Positions 16,424 through 24,094 of a stretch of 26,604 nucleotides of DNA are shown here, piece by piece. The notes beneath the pieces were generated by a model. That model had not been told where the DNA came from. It searched no databases and saw only the letters and a list, made by a program, of their open reading frames with translations. Numbering within the stretch: the stretch's first letter is position 1; each line of letters opens with the position of its first letter. The DNA comes from Candidatus Stygibacter frigidus (lineage in GTDB: Bacteria > Cloacimonadota > Cloacimonadia > Cloacimonadales > TCS61): the NCBI GenBank assembly GCA_030765325.1, contig JAVCCT010000055.1, positions 1 to 26,604 on the forward strand. The letters run 5' to 3'. The position numbers and the translations under genes are program-made.

Positions 16424-16457
16424 CCTTTTTCATATATATTATCTCCATTAGCTCCAG

Positions 16458-18038
16458 TTATTTAGACCTGTTAGAATTGATATAAACAGGGGGATGCGAG
16501 TATATCTTAAGCAGTATGTTTCCCGTCATAACAGCAGGTCTTGGTATATCCATGATCTTCAGGATCGTAGGTGCCACGTCAGCAAGTTTCCCGCTGGCTA
16601 CCTGATAATCCTTCTGCTCAGTAAGTGATATTATTATTGGTACGGGATTAGTGCTGTGTTGCGTGAGAATTTCACCCTCATCATTCAGCATCTGGTCTGC
16701 ATTGCCATGATCAGCAATGAGGATGATATTATACTCATGCTCACGGGCAGAGGTAAGCACTTCTGCCAGGCATTTATCAATAGCTTGCAGAGCTTTTACT
16801 GTGGCGCTGAAGACTCCGGTGTGACCCACCATGTCAGGATTAGCAAAATTAGTAATGATCAGATCATATTTATCCAGCGAGAGAGCTTTTACCAGTTCAT
16901 CTTTAACTTCAAAAGCGCTCATTTCAGGTTTCAGGTCATAGGTGGCTACCTTAGGGGAAGGGATCAGTATCCTGTCTTCACCGGGGAATGATTTTTCCAA
17001 GCCACCATTGAAAAAGAAAGTTACATGAGAATATTTTTCTGTTTCTGCCAGATGCAATTGCTGGAGTCCACGTTTGCTGATAACTTCTGCCAGAGTATCT
17101 GAGCGGTCATCTGGTGGGAAGGCAACTTCTACAAGACCTTTGAATTTAATATCATATTCGCTGAAGGTGATAAATTTGAGGTTAGAGAATCTTCTGGCTG
17201 GGAAGGCATCAAAATCAGCGAAGATAAAGCTGCGGGTAAGTTCCCGGGCCCGATCAGCTCTGAAATTGAAGAATATCAGGCTGTCATTTTCTTTAACGCA
17301 AGCAATTGGTTTGCCATTTTCCCTGAGCACTGATGGCAGCATAAATTCATCTGTTACCTCATTTTTATAGCTATCTGAAATTGCTTCTGCTGCGCTATTA
17401 TATTGCTTGCCTTTGCCATTCACGAGTGCTTCATATTCCTTCTGAATGCGGTCATAGTTATTATCACGATCCATGGCATAATATCTTCCTGAGATAGTGG
17501 CAATTTTGCCAATGCCAAGCTCTTTAAGTTTTTTTTCTGTGGCTGCCAGATAGTCCTTTCCACTGTGGGGCAGGGTGTCTCTGCCATCCATGATGGCATG
17601 CAGGAAGACATTTTTGACCCCGTGATCCTGTGCCATTTTGATAATATGCCAGATATGCTCATAATTGCTATGGACATTTCCATCTGAAAGCAGACCGATC
17701 AGGTGAAGATCGCTATTATACTCTATTACGTGTTTTATCCCGTTCAGGATAGCTTCATTTTGATAGAAACTGGCATCTTCAATACTTTTATCGATCTTAA
17801 GATTTTGCTGACAGATGATCCTGCCAGCGCCAATATTCAAATGTCCCACTTCAGAATTGCCCATGATACCTGAAGGTAAGCCAACCATATCGCCACTTGC
17901 TATAAGCTGATTGTGAGGGTTACTATTGAGGAATTTATCATACACAGGCATCTTTGCAGCCTTGATCGCATTACCATAACTGCTTTTATTGATGCCAAAT
18001 CCATCGAGTATCAGTAATAAAACTTTTTTATTTTTCAT
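16458..18038 (-). CDS. gpmI: 2,3-bisphosphoglycerate-independent phosphoglycerate mutase
   Basis: Motifs LLILDGFG, MGNSEVGHLNIGAGR, SDGNVHS, MDGRDT, GRYYAMDRD, FNFRADRAR, AETEKYSHVTFFFNGG, NFANPDMVGHTG and ADHGNA. Confidence 0.96.
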   Translation of the reverse strand: MKNKKVLLLILDGFGINKSSYGNAIKAAKMPVYDKFLNSNPHNQLIASGDMVGLPSGIMGNSEVGHLNIGAGRIICQQNLKIDKSIEDASFYQNEAILNGIKHVIEYNSDLHLIGLLSDGNVHSNYEHIWHIIKMAQDHGVKNVFLHAIMDGRDTLPHSGKDYLAATEKKLKELGIGKIATISGRYYAMDRDNNYDRIQKEYEALVNGKGKQYNSAAEAISDSYKNEVTDEFMLPSVLRENGKPIACVKENDSLIFFNFRADRARELTRSFIFADFDAFPARRFSNLKFITFSEYDIKFKGLVEVAFPPDDRSDTLAEVISKRGLQQLHLAETEKYSHVTFFFNGGLEKSFPGEDRILIPSPKVATYDLKPEMSAFEVKDELVKALSLDKYDLIITNFANPDMVGHTGVFSATVKALQAIDKCLAEVLTSAREHEYNIILIADHGNADQMLNDEGEILTQHSTNPVPIIISLTEQKDYQVASGKLADVAPTILKIMDIPRPAVMTGNILLKIYSHPPVYINSNRSK

Positions 18039-18152
18039 AATTTACCTTACCTTGTATCCATAGATATATTATCACAGGATTACATCGGGCAATTTCCGGA
18101 TGACAGGTTATGGTGTCAAAGGAAATCCCTATGCTTTTGACGCCAGGCTCTG

Positions 18153-18232
18153 GTAGGGGCAGACCTGTGTGTCTGCCCAGAATTGGCTGCACAATTTTAT
18201 GAAAGAGGGCAGACACTTGGGTCTGCCCCTAC
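18153..18232. repeat. Inverted pair of GTAG-type REP sequences (REPIN/BIME-like)
   Basis: GTAG-GGGCAGAC-CTGTGT-GTCTGCCC (18153-18178, +) and GTAG-GGGCAGAC-CCAAGT-GTCTGCCC (18232-18207, -), with a 28-nt spacer. Confidence 0.85.
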
Positions 18233-18356
18233 AAGTCAGTCTATCAGGCATTGTAATGATGTGAAAAATTGGAGGATGCCCGATTAATAAAGAAAGTTGA
18301 CTAAAGAAGTGGTGTTTTGAAAATGACAGGGACAAAAACAGGCAAGGATGATAAAG

Positions 18357-19646
18357 ATGAAAAAGATATTTATATTGTTATTATTAGCATTAGTACTCTT
18401 TTCGGGATGTACTAAACAAAAGAAAGCTAATGCATCAGGCAAAGTAGAAGTAGTTTTCTGGCATGCTATGGGTGGACCTTTGGGTGATGCACTGGCAAAA
18501 TTGATCGATGAATTTAATGATACCCATGCAGATATTCACATAACTGGCATTGCTATGGGTAATTATACAGCTCTTTCGCAAAAGATCATGGCTGCTGTGC
18601 AGACCGGTAATCAGCCGGATATCAGTCAGGTTTATGAATCCTGGACTTCTAACATGATGGAAGGAGATGTATTGCGCCCCGTGGCAGACTTTATTGCTGA
18701 AGATGATAGTTTTGGTGATGAGGATCTGGCAGATTTTTATCCCGTATTTATCAAATGCAATACAATCGATGGTCAGCTTGTGAGCTTTCCTTTCAATAAA
18801 TCAGTAAGGGTGATGTATTATAATAAGGACATTCTCTTTCAGAATAATATGGATCCTAATAAGCCACCCAAAAACTGGTCAGAATTCCGCGATATGTGCA
18901 AACAGCTGACGGTTGATGTTGATGGAGATGGGGTACCAGACAGATATGGTACAACGCTCAAGATCAATGCCTGGCAATTTGAAAACCTGCTCTTGCAAGC
19001 TGGTGGTGAGATCATGGACGAGACAAGCACTAAACCGCTTTTTAATAGTAATGCCGGGGTGGATGCACTCAAGTATTTAACCGGTATTTTAAATGAAGAT
19101 AAGACGGCTTATCTGTCACCGGGATATGATGGGCAGAATGACTTCCTGGCAAGCAAAGTGGTGTTTTATGAAGATTCCAGTGTATCAATTGCCTATATGA
19201 GGAATATCGGAATTGATTTTAACCTGGGGATAAGCTCAGTTCCTATCAAGGATACGCGCAGAAATCTGATCAGCGGTACAAATGTGGCAATATTCAAATC
19301 AGATGATAAGCGCGTGGAATGGGCTGCCTGGGAATTTGTTAAATGGTTCACCTCTCCAGAGATAACTGCCGAGTGGAGTGAATACACATATTATATGCCA
19401 GTGCGGAGAAGTGCATTTCAGCAGCCAAATATCAAAAAAAGGCTGTTGACCAATCCGGAGATCAAGTCCGTGTATGATCAACTGGAATATGCCACCTATG
19501 AACCTCAGATATCTGAGTGGTTTGAAACCCGTAAGTATATAGAAGATCAGGTGATTGAAAAGGTGCTAAGGGGTACCAGCTCTCCTAAAGCTGCGCTTGA
19601 TAAAGCTGCCAAAAAGTTAACAGACATGTTGGCAAAAAATAAATAA
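18357..19646 (+). CDS. ABC transporter solute-binding lipoprotein (family 1, UgpB/sugar-like)
   Basis: Lipobox LFSGC, VVFWHAM, LIDEFN, GNQPDISQ, SFPFNKSVRVMYYNKD, AWEFVKWFTSPE and YMPVRRSA. The start could be 18348 or 18357. Confidence 0.88.
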   Translation: MKKIFILLLLALVLFSGCTKQKKANASGKVEVVFWHAMGGPLGDALAKLIDEFNDTHADIHITGIAMGNYTALSQKIMAAVQTGNQPDISQVYESWTSNMMEGDVLRPVADFIAEDDSFGDEDLADFYPVFIKCNTIDGQLVSFPFNKSVRVMYYNKDILFQNNMDPNKPPKNWSEFRDMCKQLTVDVDGDGVPDRYGTTLKINAWQFENLLLQAGGEIMDETSTKPLFNSNAGVDALKYLTGILNEDKTAYLSPGYDGQNDFLASKVVFYEDSSVSIAYMRNIGIDFNLGISSVPIKDTRRNLISGTNVAIFKSDDKRVEWAAWEFVKWFTSPEITAEWSEYTYYMPVRRSAFQQPNIKKRLLTNPEIKSVYDQLEYATYEPQISEWFETRKYIEDQVIEKVLRGTSSPKAALDKAAKKLTDMLAKNK

Positions 19647-19669
19647 TATCACTTTTAAGGAGGTGAGGA

Positions 19670-19756
19670 ATGTTTGGTCATCAGAGGATTGAACATTCGG
19701 GCTTAACCGAATTATTATATAATACTCAGAATAAGAAAATAATGGAGATATTATGA
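19670..19756 (+). CDS. Candidate 28-aa upstream ORF translationally coupled to thrS
   Basis: TAAGGAGGTGA (19656-19666) precedes ATG 19670. The product is MFGHQRIEHSGLTELLYNTQNKKIMEIL, and its TGA overlaps the thrS ATG (ATGA). Confidence 0.4.
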   Translation: MFGHQRIEHSGLTELLYNTQNKKIMEIL

Positions 19757-21666
19757 ATATAAAGATAAAATTCCCGGATGGGAATATCAAAGAATACCCG
19801 CAAGGGATAAGTGCTCTGGAAATTGCTGAAGGCATTTCTCAGGGTTTGGCAGATCAAACTGTGGCTGCCAGGGTTAATGGCAAACTGGTGGATGTGAATA
19901 AACCCATCTTAGAAGATGCCAGCCTGGAGCTACTTAAGTTTGATAGTGAAGAAGGGCAGGAAGTATATTGGCACTCAACTGCACATTTGATGGCACAAGC
20001 AGTGCAGCAGCTTTTTCCTGATGTGAAAGTGACGATTGGTCCTGCTATAGAAAGCGGTTTCTATTATGACTTTGATAAACCGGTTCCCTTCACTGACGAA
20101 GACCTGGTTGCTATTGAAGAGCGTATGAGAGAACTGGCAAAGCAGAATCTGGAATATACGCGTAAAGAAGTATCCCGCGATGAAGCAATGGAGCTTTTCA
20201 AGGCGATGGGAGAAACTTATAAGCTGGAGATTTTGGCAGAAATCCCTGAAGACGAAACTTTGTCTCTTTATCAGCAGGGAGAATTCGTTGATCTTTGCAG
20301 GGGACCGCATATAATTCACACAGGCAAGATCAAATCTATCAAATTGCTGAAAACTTCCGGTGCCTATTGGCGTGGAGACAGCAGGAACAAAATGCTGCAG
20401 CGTATCTATGGCATAAGTTTCCCTTCCAAAAAGCTGCTTAAAAAGCATCTTAATGATCTGGAAGAAGCGAAGAAACGTGATCATAGACGCATCGGTATTG
20501 ACCTTGATCTCTATTCTATTTCAGATGATATTGGGGCTGGACTGGTGCTTTGGCATCCTAATGGCGCTATGATCAGGAATATAATCGAAGATTTCTGGAA
20601 GAAAGAACATTTGAAAGCAGGATACAAGCTGGTTTATACTCCGCATATTGGTAAGAAACAGCTCTGGGAAACCAGTGGGCATCTGGATTTCTATGAAGAA
20701 AGCATGTTCGCTCCCATTGATGTAGAAGGTCAGGAATATTACCTGAAGCCTATGAACTGTCCTTTCCATATTGCTATATATAATTCTCAAAGACGCAGTT
20801 ACAGAGAATTACCACTGCGACTGGCAGAACTGGGGACTGTGTATAGATATGAGAAATCCGGGGCTTTGCATGGTTTGATGCGGGTGCGGGGATTCACACA
20901 GGATGACGCTCATCTTATCTGTACAGAAGATCAGGTGGAGAAGGAAGTTGAAAAGCTGATCAAGTTTTCATTTATGATGCTGGATTCCTTTGGGTTTGAA
21001 AATTATCAGGTGTATTTGAGCACCAAGCCGGAAAAGGCTGTTGGTGAAGATAAAGACTGGCAGATAGCAACTGATTCACTGGAAAAAGCTCTTAACAAAC
21101 AGAATATAGATTACTCAGTGGATGAGGGTGGCGGAGCATTTTATGGTCCTAAGATAGATATCAAGATCAAAGATGCCCTGAACCGCAGTTGGCAGTGTAC
21201 AACCATACAATTTGACTTCAATCTGCCTGCCAGGTTTAATATGGAATATGTTGGCACAGATAATACTCCACATCGTCCATTTGTGTTGCACAGAGCCCTG
21301 CTGGGTTCAGTGGAGCGCTTCTTTGGTACGCTGATTGAATATCATGGTGGTAATTTCCCGCTCTGGTTATGTCCCGTGCAGGTGAAGGTATTACCCATTT
21401 CAGATCATTTCATCGAATATGCTCAGAAGATAGAGAGTGAGATGCTGCAGCAGGAAATCCGGGCGGAAGTGGATTATCGCAATGAAAAGATCGGATTTAA
21501 GATCAGAGCTGCTGAATTGCAGAAGATACCCTATATGTTCATTGTCGGAGCTAAAGAAGTGGAAAATCAGCAGGTTTCTGTGCGCAGGCATACAGAAGGT
21601 GATTTGGGTTCTTATGATGTTTCTGGAGCAGTAAAACTCCTGAAAGAAGAATTAAAGAAAAAATAA
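19753..21666 (+). CDS. thrS: Threonine--tRNA ligase
   Basis: TGS domain, editing motifs HSTAHLMA and DLCRGPH, RDHRRIG, YLKPMNCPFH, MRVRGFTQDDAH, AFYGPKID, TIQFDF, HRALLGSVERF and a C-terminal anticodon-binding domain. Confidence 0.98.
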   Translation: MNIKIKFPDGNIKEYPQGISALEIAEGISQGLADQTVAARVNGKLVDVNKPILEDASLELLKFDSEEGQEVYWHSTAHLMAQAVQQLFPDVKVTIGPAIESGFYYDFDKPVPFTDEDLVAIEERMRELAKQNLEYTRKEVSRDEAMELFKAMGETYKLEILAEIPEDETLSLYQQGEFVDLCRGPHIIHTGKIKSIKLLKTSGAYWRGDSRNKMLQRIYGISFPSKKLLKKHLNDLEEAKKRDHRRIGIDLDLYSISDDIGAGLVLWHPNGAMIRNIIEDFWKKEHLKAGYKLVYTPHIGKKQLWETSGHLDFYEESMFAPIDVEGQEYYLKPMNCPFHIAIYNSQRRSYRELPLRLAELGTVYRYEKSGALHGLMRVRGFTQDDAHLICTEDQVEKEVEKLIKFSFMMLDSFGFENYQVYLSTKPEKAVGEDKDWQIATDSLEKALNKQNIDYSVDEGGGAFYGPKIDIKIKDALNRSWQCTTIQFDFNLPARFNMEYVGTDNTPHRPFVLHRALLGSVERFFGTLIEYHGGNFPLWLCPVQVKVLPISDHFIEYAQKIESEMLQQEIRAEVDYRNEKIGFKIRAAELQKIPYMFIVGAKEVENQQVSVRRHTEGDLGSYDVSGAVKLLKEELKKK

Positions 21667-21679
21667 GATGATAAACAAT

Positions 21680-21710
21680 AACCCTGGAGTATCTCCCGGG
21701 TTTACTTTTT
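21680..21710 (+). terminator. Terminator-like hairpin between thrS and kdsD
   Basis: AACCCTGGAG-TAT-CTCCCGGGTT (9 of 10 pairs) followed by TACTTTTT. Confidence 0.5.
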
Positions 21711-21720
21711 GGGAAAAATA

Positions 21721-22686
21721 ATGAATATACAGGAAACGATCAGACAGGAATTAAATCGTGAAGCTGACGCTGTCAAAAGGGCAGCCAAAAGCATTGGTGC
21801 AGAAGCAGAAAAAGCTGTGGATATTATCTATAATTGTACCGGGAAAATAGTGGTTACCGGCATGGGTAAAACAGGAATAATAGCCAGAAAGATTGCTGCC
21901 ACATTGGCGAGTACCGGTACAACAGCAATATATCTTCACCCGGCTGAAGGCATTCATGGTGATCTGGGTATGGTGCAAAAAGGTGATGTTGTGATTGCCA
22001 TTTCATATAGCGGGAATACCAGTGAAGTTATTCAGATAATTCCCTATCTGCATTTTAATAAAATCCCTATTATTGCTATCACGGGAAATCTTGATTCTGA
22101 GCTGGCAAAAAACTCTCAGGTAGTGCTCGATGGATCTGTACCTGCGGATTATGAACCTTTTGGACTGGTGCCCACTTGCAGTACTACAGTTGCCCTGGCA
22201 TTGGGCGATGCTTTGGCAGTAGCGCTTCTTCGTAAACGAAATTTCAATGAAGAGGATTTTGCCCGTTTTCATCCCGGGGGAACAATAGGCAGAAAATTGC
22301 TGCTGAAAACAGCTGACCTTATGCATCAGGGAGAAGATGTTCCTATTGTAGATTCACAAGCAGGACTGGATAAAGTTGTTCTGGAAATGACCAGTAAAAA
22401 GCTGGGCTGCACCTGCGTTATTGATGATAAAGGCAGGCTTTGCGGAATAGTGACAGATGGTGACCTTAGAAGGCTGATCAGCAAGGGTGTGAAAGAGCTG
22501 AAACAGATTGCAGCAGAATTCATGACACCTAGCCCGGCTACGATCAGTTCAGAAAAACTTGCCGTTGATGCTCTCTATCTGATGGAAGAGAAAAAGATCA
22601 CAGTGTTGCCGGTAGTAGATGGATCACTTGTTCCCGTAGGAATTATCCACATGCATGACCTTATCCAGGCAGGAGTAGTAGGGTAA
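21721..22686 (+). CDS. kdsD: Arabinose-5-phosphate isomerase (KpsF/GutQ family; SIS + 2 CBS)
   Basis: Motifs VVTGMGKTG, KIAATLASTGT, HPAEGIHGDLG, ISYSGNT, PTCSTT, GDALAVAL, FARFHPGG, GIVTDGDLRR and IHMHDL. ATG 21721 is preferred over TTG 21709. Confidence 0.92.
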   Translation: MNIQETIRQELNREADAVKRAAKSIGAEAEKAVDIIYNCTGKIVVTGMGKTGIIARKIAATLASTGTTAIYLHPAEGIHGDLGMVQKGDVVIAISYSGNTSEVIQIIPYLHFNKIPIIAITGNLDSELAKNSQVVLDGSVPADYEPFGLVPTCSTTVALALGDALAVALLRKRNFNEEDFARFHPGGTIGRKLLLKTADLMHQGEDVPIVDSQAGLDKVVLEMTSKKLGCTCVIDDKGRLCGIVTDGDLRRLISKGVKELKQIAAEFMTPSPATISSEKLAVDALYLMEEKKITVLPVVDGSLVPVGIIHMHDLIQAGVVG

Positions 22687-22713
22687 TCGTTGTAACCGGA
22701 GCATCCTTGCTCT

Positions 22714-22733
22714 GGGTAGGGGTAGGGGAAGGG
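22714..22733 (+). other. Canonical G-quadruplex-forming motif
   Basis: GGG-TA-GGGG-TA-GGGG-AA-GGG: four G-runs with 2-nt loops. Confidence 0.55.
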
Positions 22734-22734
22734 T

Positions 22735-22774
22735 AATGTAAAATGTAAAATGTAAAATGTAAAATAAAATGTAA
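22735..22774. repeat. 7-nt tandem repeat (AATGTAA)n
   Basis: Four perfect units at 22735-22762, one truncated unit (AATAA), and one perfect unit at 22768-22774. Confidence 0.85.
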
Positions 22775-22780
22775 GAATTA

Positions 22781-23355
22781 TTAGCAACGAACAAAACGAA
22801 CAAAACGAACTAAAAACAGCATTATTTTGCATTAGATCATTAATTGATTGTATAAAAACCTTAGAGAGGAGGAAGTTTGGATATAATCTATAAAGACAAA
22901 TATTATAGAATAAAACAGGCATGCATTGAAGTTCGAAAAGTTCTTGGGAATGGATTTCTGGAAAAGATTTATGAAAATGCATTAGTTGTTGAATTAGAGA
23001 AATCAGGATTCCTTGTTGAAACCCAAAAGAGATTAACCGTTAATTACAAAGGTCATGTAATTGGTGATTACATTGCAGACATCGTTGTTGATAACATTAT
23101 AATAATTGAGCTAAAAGCAGTTAATGAGATAATTGATTTACACAAAGCACAACTACTTAATAATTTGACAATCACAGGATACAAGCTGGGTATTTTGATA
23201 AATTTTCCTAACAATAAAGCCGGATTTAATATAGAAAGAATACCAAATCTAAGACTAATAAATACTTAACAAGTTCACAAAATCAGATAAGAATAACTCC
23301 TAAATTGGGTTTCTTACATTAAAAAGTTCGTTTTGTTCGTTTTGTTCGTTGCTAA
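22781..23355 (+). mobile_element. 575-bp cassette: GxxExxY gene between perfect 31-bp inverted repeats (putative mobile element)
   Basis: TTAGCAACGAACAAAACGAACAAAACGAACT (22781-22811) is the exact reverse complement of 23325-23355. The repeats are certain; mobility is inferred. Confidence 0.65.
22877..23269 (+). CDS. GxxExxY protein (PD-(D/E)XK nuclease-like fold)
   Basis: GFLEKIYENAL gives the G-x-x-E-x-x-Y motif, followed by YIADIVVD...IIELKAV, HKAQLLN and GILINF. TTG start after GAGGAGG. Confidence 0.9.
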   Translation: MDIIYKDKYYRIKQACIEVRKVLGNGFLEKIYENALVVELEKSGFLVETQKRLTVNYKGHVIGDYIADIVVDNIIIIELKAVNEIIDLHKAQLLNNLTITGYKLGILINFPNNKAGFNIERIPNLRLINT

Positions 23356-23368
23356 AACCTCTTCTTCT

Positions 23369-23689
23369 TCAATCTGTTACTTCATAATCTATCACCCTTC
23401 GTTCATAGCGTACTTCGCCCAGAAAATCTTTTACTTTTTGATGAGCTGGATGTTTTTGATAAATGTCTAAAGCCGTTTGATCTTCAAAAAGCATTGATAA
23501 GGCAAGATCACTGCGATCATTACCCTTTCTCATATTAATCCCGATCTTGATATCAATAATACCTTCAATTTCAGTTGCCATCTCATTTAGCATTTGCTGA
23601 GCAGTTTGCAGGTTCTGCTTCTTATCACCTTCTTTGGTCAATTCCAGAAATCTCCATAATACTATGTGCCTGATCATATAGCGCTTCAC
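23369..23689 (-). CDS. Dabb (stress-responsive alpha/beta barrel) protein
   Basis: MIRHIVLWRF...IEGIIDIKIG...FEDQTALDIYQKHPAHQKV...RRVIDYE. Confidence 0.85.
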   Translation of the reverse strand: MKRYMIRHIVLWRFLELTKEGDKKQNLQTAQQMLNEMATEIEGIIDIKIGINMRKGNDRSDLALSMLFEDQTALDIYQKHPAHQKVKDFLGEVRYERRVIDYEVTD

Positions 23690-23988
23690 ACGAAAAATTC
23701 TACCAGCCGCTGTTCACAACTGATCTTATCCATAAATTCATAAGCTTTTCTTACTGCTCGATGATTGTCAAATATCTCTATCGCTTCCCAGGAAGTGAAT
23801 TCTACAAAAATAGAAAAATCTGAACTCCAATCTAATCTGTTCTGATTTATTCCAGTTTCAAGCCTGGTTATCTGAGGAATGATGTTTTTGAGATTATCAA
23901 AGGCTTCCGCTGCCCACAACTGATTAGTGGATAGTGCATTTCCGCAGGCTTCTGGTTTTAATCTATACAACACAATTTTTCTCGTCAT
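23686..23988 (-). CDS. Divergent Dabb-like protein
   Basis: MTRKIVLYRL...IPQITRLETG...FTSWEAIEIFDNHRAV...RLVEF. ATG 23988 follows AAGGAG, and its stop overlaps the next start (GTGA). Confidence 0.65.
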   Translation of the reverse strand: MTRKIVLYRLKPEACGNALSTNQLWAAEAFDNLKNIIPQITRLETGINQNRLDWSSDFSIFVEFTSWEAIEIFDNHRAVRKAYEFMDKISCEQRLVEFFV

Positions 23989-24094
23989 TATGTCTCCTTG
24001 CAATATTGAGAAATCACAATTACGGATAATAAGTCAATATCTTTCCCGTAAAATTTATCATTACCTCGAAGTTAAAATGTTCACTGACTTAAAA

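Noticed and set aside
16458-16510. ~15-aa C-terminal extension of GpmI (IYSHPPVYINSNRSK)
   Set aside because: It is most simply stop-codon drift, with no motif or evidence of function.
18297-18324. Promoter candidate TTGACT-N16-GAAAAT for the ABC lipoprotein
   Set aside because: The -10 element lacks the first T, so it is too weak to call.
19647-19752. T-box riboswitch upstream of thrS
   Set aside because: The gap is only ~105 nt, and no TGGNACC T-box bulge or terminator is visible.
722-22523. Remaining short ORF-track entries overlapping the called genes
   Set aside because: They are antisense or out-of-frame shadows of well-supported CDSs, with no motifs or RBS.
22781-22811. CRISPR or other spacer-containing array
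   Set aside because: The repeats are contiguous 7-9 nt units with no spacers, and no cas genes are in the window.
22575-22982. 135-aa minus-strand ORF across the kdsD/GxxExxY junction
   Set aside because: Its FYILHF/PYPYP segments are simply the antisense translation of the microsatellite and G-tract, and it overlaps two real genes.
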